Assembly (NCBI GenBank): GCA_963821525.1
Contig: CAWGED010000001.1
Location: 1 to 44,171 of the forward strand
DNA: 44,171 nt
Direction of reading: 5' to 3'
Source of the DNA: an uncultured Gemmatimonadales bacterium
Lineage (GTDB): Bacteria > Gemmatimonadota > Gemmatimonadetes > Gemmatimonadales > GWC2-71-9
Shown in pieces: positions 1 to 11,457 of this stretch. The position numbers and the translations under genes were made by a program. The notes beneath the pieces are model-generated. The model searched no databases. It had not been told where the DNA came from and worked only from the letters and a program-made list of their open reading frames with translations. Numbering within the stretch: the first letter of the stretch is position 1; every line of letters starts with the position of its first letter.

Positions 1-734
1 TCCTGGGCATACGTTCCACCCGATCGTAAAGCCAGCGCACCGCAGCGAGCCCGGACACCGCGAATGGCGGCCAGGGGACAGTGCCCCGAAAGACATGGTG
101 AGCCCGCGATTGTAGAATCGGCCGGCCTTGAGCGCCGCGAGTGGGTCATCACCGTCAGGCCCCGGTCAGCACCACCCGGGTTCGCCGATCATTCCTGGCG
201 TCATGCTGGTCGAGCCCGGCGGTGCCAACCACCTCCGGGCGCATCCAGGCGGATCTCATGCAGCAAACGGATCGCCTTGGGGTCCGGCAGGTACCTCGTG
301 TTGTAGCTGGCATTCCAAACCTCGATTGCATCGATTCCAGCCCGTACCTCGACCGGAACCTGATAGCCCGGGAGCAGCGGGTGCGCCACGATGGTAAAGC
401 CTGCGGCCCCCACGCTCTGCTCGATGAATTGGCGGGGCGTCTGGGGGTCGATCCACCGGGTAAGGCCGAGCGCGAGGAGGTGGAGCCCGGGATACCCGGT
501 AAACCGGAACTCCAGACCCGGAATCAGCCGAACCCGTGCGTCCGACAGCCGTTCGCAGTGCCTGATGTATCGAGGTATTTCTCCGGGCGAAAGTCTTCCG
601 CGTGATCGGTAAGGCCGACGAAGCTGATGCCACGCTCAAGAGCAAACTCTCGCAGACGCTCGAGTGAATCGCGGCCGTCATGGGAGTAGTCGCTGTGAAC
701 ATGCACTACGCCCACCGACCCTGACCCGCATCAT
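1..734 (-). CDS. PHP-domain metallophosphoesterase-like protein (frameshifted, runs off window start)
   Basis: PHP metal-binding motifs across frames: HVHSDYSHDG and GLTDH (524..715), AHP and IEVWN (201..413), GLDQH near 200-215. The start overlaps the upstream sulfotransferase stop. Confidence 0.75.
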
Positions 735-1626
735 CTTGCTGCGACGGCGGGAAGATACCCATACCGCACGAGGTGGGGTCGCAATACCGCCTCGAGCGTC
801 TGCTGCTGGTCCGGGGTAAAGTCGCGTCGCCACTTTTCGTTTTCGCTCCGCAGTGGGGTCCCCGCACCGCGCGCTCGAAAGCCGCCGACCAGTCGAGGCC
901 GCAAAAAGCCGTCGCCTGCTGAAAGACCCTCACCGGATCGGCGCAGAGGTCCTCGTAGCGAATGTTGAGGTAGTTGGAGCTTCGAGAGGCTCCCGGGCCC
1001 GCTCGAGCGCATCCATAAGGAGGCGCCACTGAATGCCCGCGAGCGCCACGAAAGATCTGTCGTGGGCCTCCACTCGGACCGGTCCTTCGGGTCAAGATCA
1101 CCCCAGAGCCAATTCGTCGGACCCCGCCAGCCGAGCCACCAATCCACCTGAAGAAAGGAGCTGGCACGGGGCGACCATCGCGCATGACATGAATGAACAG
1201 CGCATCCGGGAAGATTTCGCGCAGGAACCCGATACGGGGCCAGCCAGTGATTTTGACCAGCAATCGTTGCCGGGCGCGCGTGAGGTTCTGCGGAGCGCGT
1301 GGAGAAGTTTCGCCTGGCCGCCTCTGTACGTCGGACGCCACGAGATCGCGACAGGGACGGCTAAAGCCCGGGTAGAGCGCATCCCAGTATCGATACGCCT
1401 CGCTGGGGTCGGCATACCGCGTGACCCAGGCAGTGAGCTTCGGATAGTCCAGCTGCATGCATCAGGATGCGGTTGAGCCACGGCGACGCACTGCAGCGTC
1501 AGAGAGACGGGACAGCCAAGCGACATTTGGATGACGGCAGAATACCTGATGGAAGATGCTCGAGCCGCTCCGACCTACGCCTATGATGAAGATCGGCCGA
1601 AAAATACGGCTTTCAGGTCCTGTCAT
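731..1626 (-). CDS. Sulfotransferase family protein (frameshifted)
   Basis: PAPS-binding loop PIFIIGVGRSGSS, then FPDALFIHVMRDGR, IRYEDLCADP and a C-terminal EKWRRDFT...LVRYGY, spread over ORFs 1462..1704, 706..1458 and 731..1147. Confidence 0.85.
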
Positions 1627-1977
1627 CTCATTCCTCGTGAGAAGCGATACAGTCGGGAAAAGTGGTTGAGGGTAACCATTCACCCTGTGGCCGGCGATCA
1701 CCAATGGTCATCCACGGCTGCCTAGCCGTCCCTCGACCCTCTAGTCTCCCGGATCGGCCGATTTGCCATGGAACGGCTCACCCAGTCGCGCCCCGCTCTG
1801 AATCAGTTGGATGGAGTCTTCGATCAGGCCCGGGTGAGGGCGACCCAGAGCGCCAGCGCGAGCGGATGAAGCACTATTGATCCGCTGGGGCTGCCTACTT
1901 TCCCCATTATTGGTGTCTCCCCATAACCCGGCTTGTGAATACGCTGCCAGCCGGTTTTCAAGCTAATCCTATAGAGT

Positions 1978-1993
1978 AGCAAGACAGAGGCCC
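1978..1993 (-). promoter_or_regulatory. Candidate sigma-54 (-24/-12) promoter
   Basis: Minus strand GGGCCTCTGTCTTGCT (GG-N10-GC with TTGC) in the intergenic gap, facing the sulfotransferase but about 350 bp from its start. Confidence 0.3.
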
Positions 1994-2476
1994 TGGGCGT
2001 CTTGCCGAAAAGAGCCTGATGCCGGAGCCCCCGGAGCCCATCCGATCAATCGGGGAACATGTGGTGATAGCGCCACGCTCTGTGCAGTTGCGCGGTCAGG
2101 CTCTGGAATAACAAAGGCTACATCTTGCTCCGAGCGCGGGAGTCAGCAACCTTCCAATACGAATTCCAAGATCAGATCTCAACTGACATGAAGCGCCTAG
2201 CTTCGATCCACGACCGTAGATAAAAAACCCTGGCCGGTTCTGGCCGGGCTGCCCACGCGCCACCCGGATAGCGACCTCGGCATCTCGGTCAGCCGGGTGG
2301 TGACCGAGGCATCGATCCCTATGACGCGTATCCGCACGCACTCCCTAGCGCAGAATCTCGGAGGATACCTAGTGCGGGATAGCATGGATACTCGCGTCCA
2401 ATCGGCCTTTTCCGCGTGATCGTCGATGAATTCAAGGGGCGCGTTGCGCCGAGGTTCGCCAGTCAGGAGCCGGGCA

Positions 2477-3777
2477 GTGCGGGTAATCCTGCTGAGCTAC
2501 CATTTCCCGCCGAGTTCAGCGGTGGGCGGACTCCGCCCAGCCCGGGTGGCTCGAGCGCTTGCGGACGCTGGGCATTCGGTACACTCATCGCCGCAGCCAG
2601 GCCCGACGATGTGCCAGTCGCAAGAGAGTTGGTACCCGGCCTGACCGTTGAAACGGTCAGGCCCTGGGTTAATCCCCGATTTGGTGGGTCGCTGCCCACC
2701 GTCAATCCGGCGGTCCCCCACCGCGACCGGCCCCGCACCGATAGGCCACGCGCTGCCTGGAAGCGCTTCATCTCGTCCCTCCTGTTCTTGCCCGACGACA
2801 AGCAAGGTTCATTCCGCCTGCGGTTCGAGCGGCCGCCCGCGAGATTCGAACAGGGGCTGACCTGCTGTACACGAGCGTACCGCCCTTCTCCACAGCCGTG
2901 GCGGGGCTGATCCTCAAACTGGACGGGCCTTCGCTGGGCTCTCGAGTTCAGAGATCCCTGGACTGATAGCCATTTTCGTTCCGAGGAATCAAGAGCCAGG
3001 CCAGCGTCGCGGCCAACCGCTGGCTGGAGTGGCGCTGCCTCCTCCATGCCGATCACGTGATCGCGGCTTCAGAAGGCATCCATCGCTTTCTGGCACCAAA
3101 GCTCGGGGTGGACGCGCGGCACAAGCTGAGCGTGATCCTTAACGGCATTGAGCCTGTTAGACTCCTCCGGACCGTCCCGAACGGCCGGGCGCCCCTTTCG
3201 CATCGTCCATCTTGGAACCTGTATCACCGGCGCGATCCGATTCCCTTCCTCAACGCCATAGCCAGACTCAAACGGGAGGGTGGGCTCCCCTCCCGCGGCT
3301 TGACGGTCGAGTTTGTCGGTGAATGCCATGAATACGACGGGATCCGGCTCCCGGAGCTGGCGCGCGACCTGGACATCGCTGAATTGCTCAGCTTCAAGGC
3401 ATGGATGCCTCAAGCCGAAGCACTGTGCCTCATCCGGCAGGCTGACTTACTGCTGCTGCTCGCCCAGGACCAGCCGGACCAGATTCCCAACAAACTGTTC
3501 GACTATCTGGGGGCTGGTATACCCATCCTGGGTTACGTGGACCCGCAGGGCGAAACGGCACGGATGCTGAAGAGAAGTCGGCGGACACCTTCGTCGTGAC
3601 CGATGACCCGAAGAAACCGCAGTGGCGTTCCTGGCTGAGATAGTGGGCAGGACGGGGCCCCCGAGGAGTACTTTCGACCAATCGGTGCTCGCCCGATGGG
3701 GGGCCGGACGCCAGATGGCCGCCCTCGTGGCGCTCCTCGAGCAAACCGATCAGCCACCCCAGAACGTCGGACACTAG
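2477..3777 (+). CDS. Glycosyltransferase family 4 (frameshifted)
   Basis: AGGAG then GTG at 2477. Motifs VILLSYHFPPSSAVGGLRPARVARAL, EFRDPW, SVILNG and ADLLLLL...IPNKLFDYLGAGIPIL. Confidence 0.85.
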
Positions 3778-3791
3778 AACAGGATCCCATC

Positions 3792-4540
3792 ATGGTGAGC
3801 CTCGAGCGTTGGGAGCGAGTCAATCATACGAGCGCGACTACGGGCCCAGCAGGCAAGACAGATCGCGATTCGTGTTACCCAGCAGCTTGGGTTTTAGTGG
3901 CGAGCAACTCGAGCTCACTCAGCGGTCAGCGTTGTGCTTTCCGACCTCACGGCGGGTAAGGTCCGGATCATCGAGGGCGGGGAGTGGCCCAGATCGGTGG
4001 CGGGCTTTCTGCCTGCTGCAAACCGCCTCCTGATCGACCCGCTGGCGGAAATTCACTGCACCAATGAAGATCCTGATCTCAGATCCCCGCGGAATCCCGA
4101 GGCACGCTACCTGAAGGGGGGAGGCGAAGCGCTACCTTCGGAATCGTCCGCCTATGACTTGGCGATCATCGAGAACTGTATCGATCACGTTCGGGACGCG
4201 AACGGTGTGATGCGAGAACTGGGACGGGTGCTGCGGCCAGGCGGCATTCTCTACTTGACGGTGAACTGCCGCACCCCGATTGGGTTTTACGTGCACCGGG
4301 TGCTGTCCACCCTCCGACTCGATCCCGGTCACCCTCACACCTTCACCCCGGAGAGGCTGAGGCGAGTCTTGCAGCAATTCGGCTTCGAGCTCCTCGACAT
4401 GAAGGTGGGATCATACCAGAAGGCGCATGACGAGGACCTGAACTCCGCCAGCCTCCACGCCCGTCGCAAGTCCCTCTTGCCATCAGCGAGTTTGTCGCCT
4501 CGGCTACCGTACAGCGCCGCCCTCGTCATCCTGATCGAGC
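3792..4540 (+). CDS. Class I SAM-dependent methyltransferase (frameshifted, 3' end approximate)
   Basis: GEALPSESSAYDLAIIENCIDHVRD...ELGRVLRPGGILYL and HPHTFT, typical of Methyltransf_11-type proteins. Confidence 0.8.
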
Positions 4541-4542
4541 GA

Positions 4543-5672
4543 ATGGACAGCACGTCGCTGCCCCTCGCCGGGACTTCGGATCGCCCAGCTCCTGGAGTCC
4601 GACGGCCCTGGAGGAGCGGAGACAGTCCTGATCCATCTCGCGCGCAACCTGCGGCGACAGGGAGCTAACGTATTCGTCTACCTTAGTCATAAAGGGCAGG
4701 GATGGACCCGCAGTCAGCTCGAACATGACGATGTCAATTCGTCGAGTACCACATAGAACGGCCCTTCTCTCCGGCATTCGTGAGGTGGCTGGGGCGGTCT
4801 TTCCGAGAGCATCGAATTCATGTCGCACACAGCCACGAGTTACCTTCGCGGTCTATGGCTCCTGGGCCAGCAGGCTGTCGGGAGCGGGACACGTCATCAC
4901 CATGCACGGCGGGCGCTACTACAATCAGCGATTACGCCGGCGGCTGGCGCTCCGGAGCAGTATAGCGCTGAGCCACACGGGTGGCCTATCGTCCCTCTGA
5001 AGCAGCACCTATGCCACGACCTGCGGCTACGCCCCTCGCGAGTGCACGTAGTTCCCAACGGGATTCCCGCGGCGTCGGTCACCGACCCGGGAATCCGCCA
5101 GTCGCTGGGCCTGCCGGAAGACTCCCAGTTGCTGCTTGCAGTCGGCAATTGTTCGGCCGGTCAAGGGCACAAGCACTTGATTCGTGCCCTCCGCGCCATC
5201 ACGGTACAGCACCCACGAGCCCATCTGGCCATTGCAGGCCGAGGGGACCTGCTGCCCGAGCTGAAAGCTCTTGCCGGGGGCCTGGGTGTGGGTGATCGGG
5301 TGCATTTCCTGGGACTGCGCGGCGATGTTGCGGGCTTGCTCGCTGCCGCCGATGTCTTTGTGATGCCCTCGCTGTCAGAAGGGCTGCCAATCGCGATCCT
5401 GGAAGCGATGTTCGCTCGCGAAGCCCATTGTGGTTTCCGACGTCGGCGGCATCAAGGCGGCGCTCGATGAGGGACGCGCCGGAGTCATGGTGCCGCCCGG
5501 TGATGAAAACAGGCTGGCCGCTGAGATCAGCCGTCTGCTGGCGGATGGTGAGGCCGCCAACGCCCTGGGCCGGCGGGCTGCGGCTCAAGCGCAGCGGGAG
5601 TTCGAGGTCGGCGTAATGGTTTCCCGCTACGTAGCGCTTTACCGGGACTGCCTCAAGCCGAGAGGCCGGTGA
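4543..5672 (+). CDS. Glycosyltransferase family 4 (frameshifted)
   Basis: LLESDGPGGAETVL near the N-terminus, then VITMHG, VVPNGI, FVMPSLSEGLPIAILEAM (EX7E) and VSDVGG...MVSRYVALY. Confidence 0.88.
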
Positions 5673-5685
5673 CGGCAAACCCGAC

Positions 5686-6873
5686 TCATCGGCGTCGGAG
5701 CCAATCCAGCGTTTCCCGCACCATGGCGCCGGGTCGTCCCAGCGCAGAATCTCGTTGCGATCCCCCGGGCGCCAGAGCCGGAGGAAATCGAGCAGGGCCT
5801 GGATCCGGCCGGGAGAGCCCGGCGGCAGCGCGAGCACCGAACTCGACCTGGTGAGGCGGGCCATGAGCTGGTCCACATCGCCCCACCACCATCTGCTTCG
5901 CACGCCGAGGCGGTAGCGCGTCACCGGGGCCGGATGTTCTCCATGCGCGAGAGCGACCAGCAGGTTGGGAAAATCGACGCCCGCGTCCACCGCCAGCTGC
6001 AGGGATCCCCAGAAGCGCCCGTTGATCTCCATCAAATAGGGGATGCCGGTCGACTGGTCGACTTTGTACTCCACCATTGCGACGCCCCGCCAACCGAACC
6101 GGGCCAGCAGGTGGGCGGACTTCTCGACCAGGAACGTCGGCGGCGCGATGCTCTCGCGATACACGCTGACCCCACCGGAAGGAGGCTTTTCGCGATCTGC
6201 GGTGGCAGAAGCTGGCGTAAATCACTCCGTCCCAAAGCAGCAGGAACACTCCCATGCCCGGGCCCACGACCCGCTGCTGGAGTAGAATTGGGTAGGCCGG
6301 GGGTGGATACGCTGCAAGTCGCTGGTCCATTTCCGCCGGATTCGTCGCATAGCTCACCGACACCCTGGTGAGCGCTCCTTCCTTCCCCGTCACGGAACGC
6401 CCCGGCTTGAGTACTACCGGAACGGGATTTCACGTTGCGAAATGGCGCTACGATCATCGGGGGACTGCACTACGCGCTGGCGCGGGACCGCGACACCCAG
6501 GATTTCTGCGGTGTCCATGAGGAGTGCCTTGTCGGACACACGAGCAAATGTGTCCAGTGATGGGAAACGGAACCACGACCCCGGCCGCCCGGCGGCTCTG
6601 TGGCAGCAGCGCAAACAGCGCCGCGTCCGTCACAGGGATCAGCGTGTCCATTCCGTTTTCCCCCAGCACTCCCCCTACCGCCGCCGCGAATTCCTCCGAC
6701 CTCGTGAGCGGGTCAGGTACCTGGATTTCCCGTTCACAGTATCGGGAGGCGCCGGCGAGTGAGTGACGCCGGTTCGAGCAGACGAGGACGCGGTGGCCTG
6801 CCCGCCCCAGCGCCCGGACCAGCGCCAGCGCCGCCCGCTGCTCGCCGTCGGTGACCAGAATTGAGTGATTCAA
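5686..6873 (-). CDS. ATP-grasp carboxylate-amine ligase (frameshifted)
   Basis: ILVTDGEQRAALALVRALGRAG...SRYC, DKALLMDTA, ILLQQRVVGPGMG and GVAMVEYK...LMEINGRFWGSLQLAVDAGVDFP. Confidence 0.85.
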
Positions 6874-7788
6874 TTGCAGAAGAGGCCTGCGATGCGGAGC
6901 CGGAAGCCGTTCAGCGAGAGACCTGCCGGAATGTTGAGACGGGCAGCATGAAGTGGTCCGTCGTCTGGACTGGTAGCCATCCGCCAGTTACCAGCAAGCC
7001 ACCACGATACCCAGCTGAGCGCGCAACGGCGCCGACCTCCGCACTGGCCTCACCGTAGGGGTACGACAGCCATGTCGAGATGTTCGTGAAGCGCTCCCTG
7101 AGCCAGGCAAGCGGGCGCTCCAGCTCCGATTTGAGAGCTGAACTGCTCAACTGAGCCAGGTTCGGATGACTCCACGTATGCGAGCCGAGGGTAATCCCGG
7201 GGGTCGAGGCGGCAGCAGCAAGGTCGCTTTCACTGGCAGCACAAGCGTAGGAAGGAACCTCGTTCAGGGGATACCCATGGGCCATCGCCCAAGCCCGTAC
7301 CCGGTGGTCTTCCCCGCCGTAATCGAGCAGGGCGGTCTGCCGTAGCTGATCCGGCAAAGCAGTGCGACCTGGCGAGACGAGTGCATCCCACCAGAAAGAA
7401 CGTCCCCCTATGAATGCCGGTATCACCGAAGATTGTTGCCGGCAGGCCACGGCTCGCCAACTCGCGAACTCCGAACCTGACCGCCCCGGAATAGGCGTCG
7501 TCGAATGTTATGGCAACGCGAGGACGCTCAGTCGGGGGCGAGGCGTCTTCAACAACCACGTGGAGCGGCCTGCATGACGTCGCATCGCCGGGTCAGCTGA
7601 TCGAGTTGGCTCGCGAACGTCGAGCGGGGCAGGTGAAGGGACTTGTTTCCGCCAAGTGGCGCTTCATCGGGCAGAATATTGTGGTAAGCGAGAATCAGAC
7701 TGCGATTGCAGAAAACCCGCCGTCCAACGGCGGCGGGCCCGCCTTTGACTAAGAGGCTCTCTCCCGCGCGCTTCAGGAGACCGAGCAT
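6870..7788 (-). CDS. Polysaccharide deacetylase (CE4/NodB fold, frameshifted)
   Basis: ILAYHN, VAITFDDAY, PATIF, GSHTWSHPNL and SYPYG motifs. Confidence 0.85.
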
Positions 7789-7794
7789 AGTGCC

Positions 7795-9222
7795 CTAGGA
7801 AAGTGTCGAGCTTGCGGAAGGAGGTGCTGGTTGTAGAACAACGCCGAGGCCCCCGCGACCTTTCCGAACGGGCAGCTCCGCGTGAGCATGAGAAACCCCA
7901 ACTTCTTTCAGCTTCCTCTCAACGACATTGTAATAACCTGCCTGGAGCGCTCCTAACACGTACACCGGCTCGATGTATGCGTGGGAGACGAGCAGGCCCG
8001 AGACTCCGAATCCGACGAGGGCCACGGGAAGATACACGCTTGCTTGATAGAGGAATCGCTCCTCAGCGTTTCCCTTGCTCCAATGCTTCGGCAGGCGGCG
8101 GCGAATGCGATACATTTCGAAAATCCCTCGGTACATCAGAATCAGCATGAGCACGAATCCAGGGATGCCCATTTCCGCTCCCGCTTGCACGAGCGTGTTG
8201 TGAGCCGCGTTCCAGCGAACGCCGGTATAGCTCTCCTCCCTGGTTTGCACGGCAACATCCGCAATGGTTCCTTCCGCTGTCGTCAACTCCGATGCCAGTG
8301 AGGGGATGAGAAAGCATGTACTTTATCCCCCGCTTCCAGATTTCCACGCGTCCGGCCGTCGCGTCGTAATTGTAGTCCTTTGTGGGGTGAAGAATCGTTT
8401 CCATCTGCGCCAAATAGCCTTCGGGGGCGGACACGAAAAGGCCGAGAACCAGAACGGCCATCATGGCGAGCTTCTTGTCCACTGATAGCGTCTTAACCAT
8501 CACCAGCAATGCCCCTCCTACAGCGACCAATCCCAGGAATCCGCCACGCGATCCGCTCCGAGCGATCATCATGCCGATGGACAGCAGGACGAGAACACAG
8601 ATTATCTTACCGCGAGACTTCGTCACTTGAAACACGAGCAGTGCGATGACGAGCCCGATTAGGCCCACCACGAGCATGTCGTTCGCGTCATAGCCTACCC
8701 CCCCTGCGATCCGGGCAATACTGCTGTGGGCGGCGCTGACTCTTAAGACGAAGATTGCTAGATAGGTCAGGCATCCGGTGCCAATGACCACCGACCATAG
8801 GAAGGCAAGCAGGTCTTCCGAGTTTCTGGTTGCCGCCACAACTAGAAATGCCAGAACGAGAGTCTTCGAATACTCGAACAGCACGAACGCTCCCGAGCCC
8901 CCAATGGACAGGCCAAACGGCACCGATAGAAGCAGGCCATCACTCCGAGACCGGCCATTACCTTGGCGGGCCAGGTGCGAAGGAGCTTACCCGTATCCAA
9001 CGCTCGGGGATTCGCGATGGCATAGAGCAGACAGAGCAGGGCGAGAAGGAAGGCCGGCCGAGCTGCGGCAAGGAAGGGAACAATTGCGTGGATCTTGCTG
9101 ATGCTCATGATCATTAAGAGGGAAACAATACCACGCATCCCATCCCAGCGAGGCTTGACGACAACTCCCTGTCCTGAGGATGGGACTGATCTGCCTTCGA
9201 CGCGATGCTGAATTGACGTCAT
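7795..9222 (-). CDS. O-antigen ligase/Wzy_C-family membrane protein (frameshifted)
   Basis: Multiple hydrophobic helices, with YDANDM, SGSRGGFLGL, GRVEIWKRG...PLTGIG and AAHNTLVQAGAEMGIPG. Confidence 0.85.
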
Positions 9223-9281
9223 GTTAGAGTCCCGACGAACGGAAGTACACTTTCGAACTGGCAAACTATTCCATCTCAAGC

Positions 9282-9297
9282 AGCAAGTCCAAGGCCG
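9282..9297 (-). promoter_or_regulatory. Candidate sigma-54 promoter
   Basis: Minus strand CGGCCTTGGACTTGCT, 60 bp upstream of the ligase ATG. Confidence 0.35.
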
Positions 9298-9362
9298 CGT
9301 GTGCAGCCCTTTGGTGTGGCGCACACGCAACAATCCCTAGGAAAGCCGATGGTCAATATGGC

Positions 9363-10580
9363 CTAAGGCTGCAATCGGTTGAGTGCTTCGAGGAGCCGCT
9401 CGGCATCGTGCTTCCAGGAGTAACGGAGGGCCACCGCCCGGCGGCCATTCTCGCTCATTTGCCGTTGTTCGGGCCGGATCGGCCAGCACTTCGCTGATGG
9501 CCCGGGCGAGATCGGCGGGATCTCCTGGACGGGCGAGAATCCGGCGCCGGTTTCCTGCAGTATCCTCCGGGTTGAAGCAAGATCAGTGGCTACAACCGGA
9601 AGTCCGGCTCCCATGTAATCGAACAGTTTGTTGGCCAGAGTGATGCGGACATGGCTCCCATCCAGAAATGGGAGTAGACCAACCGCGGCGTGCCTGTAGT
9701 AGGCCGCAAGCTCATCGTGTTTTTTCCAGCCCAGAAGAGCGACATGGTCTTGCGCTCCAAGGCGAACGACCGCTTCCTCAACCCGAGACCGCTCCGGTCC
9801 ATCCCCCACCACGATCAATGCCACTCTCGGGTCGCGCTCGGCCACTTGTGAGACGGCCTCCACGGCCTCCACCACGCCCCGATCACGAATTATCGTGCCG
9901 ACGAACAGACTCGGACGCGATCTTCCACGGGAGAAGGTCCGTGGGCATGGGATGATCAGCGGCGAGTTCTTCAGGGTTCACCGGAGTATTGCCCAGAATC
10001 ACCAGCCGGTCCGAAAGACTCCCAATCGCTCGCAACGCTGTCTCGATTCCTCGGACACGACAAAGACCGTCCGAAACTTGCGGATCACCCATCGCTCGAT
10101 GAGGTCGGCCAGCCGCGGGTTGCGAACGACATGATCCAGTCCTCCCATGTCCTCGAACTCCCAGAGTGATCTGAGGAACTCGGGATATACTTCGACCATG
10201 TCGAAATCGACGGGAATTCCAAATAGTTTCCCCACGCACAACGCGGTTGGAGCCAGCGGAAGGTCAGCGACCAGGATCGAATCCGCCCGCAGCTCCTTGG
10301 CCGCTTGGAAAATCTCCCAGAACCAGAGCGGGTTGAAGAAATAGGGGAAGTTGAGCGCATGATTGAACCAGGACGGGCCAAACTCAGGCAGCCGCCTCAC
10401 CGTGACATGCTTCTCGACCACGCGGCGTGGATGACGAGTTTCATTGCGGCAAACGAGGTGTACGACATGCCCGGCGATCGCGAGGCTACACGTTTCTTTA
10501 TGAACTCGGATCGCTCCCTTCGGCCAATCGCCATCGTACACGTAGACGATGCGCAATGGTCGTCCTAGGTGATCCTGCAT
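9363..10580 (-). CDS. Glycosyltransferase family 4 (frameshifted)
   Basis: RIVYVYDGDWP...RVHKETCSLAIAGH, VFVVSEE, VILGNTP, LIVVGDGPER and TLANKLFDYMGAGLPVVATD. Confidence 0.85.
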
Positions 10581-10868
10581 GAGCGAGGGTTGGGCCCTGA
10601 CTGGAGCCAGCGCGCAGCCCAAACGCGAGTCACCACCAGCGCCCACATACGTAGCGAGAGCCCCCCGCGACCTTCTGCGGAACCGGAACTGCAATTTCTC
10701 ATTTGTTGGCCCCGCTTGGCGTCCGCCGCCGTTATTCAACCAGAGCATACCTTCCCTGCCGGCGAGAGTCCCAGACCTAGCCGTCGAAGAAATAGAGGTC
10801 ATTTTCGTGCTGCAGGCTGATTCGACAATGAGCCCGGCGTACGCGACTTCCATCCCCCGAGGCTGCGT

Positions 10869-11025
10869 CTAGAAAATGGTATAGATGAATGGCGCCAGCA
10901 CCGAGCTATGGCGAATACGAGAAGCGTACCAACGATAAGCATCACCAGAATCAGTGGTAGCAGCCACCACTTTTTGCGCACCCGCATGAATCCCAGAGTT
11001 CGCGTACTAGGCTTGTGTTTGCCAT
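10869..11025 (-). CDS. DUF5989 / SxtK-like small membrane protein (frameshifted)
   Basis: About 50 aa reconstructed: MANTSLVRELW-FMRVRKKWWLLPLILVMLIVGTLLVFA...APFIYTIF, the characteristic RKKWWLLP...APFIYT.F signature. Confidence 0.85.
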
Positions 11026-11057
11026 CGTTCCTCCAGAAGCTTTGTCGCCTGCCGGAC

Positions 11058-11457
11058 TCAGAATTGTCTGGCCATGGACCGCTCGACCCGGCACCTTTTT
11101 CCGGCGGGACACCCAGTGCGTGCCGTCGCTCAGCCCGCGGGCGAAGCGGGTTCCTACCCGCAGCCGCAACCCCGTCGGCGTCAGGATGAAAAAGTACACA
11201 AGTCCCATGAAAAGTGGAGTCGTGACTTTGGAAATCAGCAGGCAAGCCTCATCCAGGCCCGATAAGTCCCGCCAAGATGTCGGGGAATAACAGCCCGCCC
11301 GCGACCAGCCGACCCTCAGACGAGCCCAGGACCCACGGGGTGGTCGAATGACCCCGCCAGTACGGGAACGCGGCCAAGAGCGAGAAACACACCGCCGACG
11401 GGCAGGCCGAACCGGCGGCCCTCCCCGGCTCAGTCGAGCTGGAATTCCTTCTGCCAA
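11058..11457 (-). CDS. SxtJ-family membrane protein (frameshifted)
   Basis: FGLPVGGVFL, WRGH, ISKVTTPLFMGLVYFFILTP.GL, THWV and a terminal RQF. It lies between the carbamoyltransferase and the DUF5989 gene. Confidence 0.75.
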
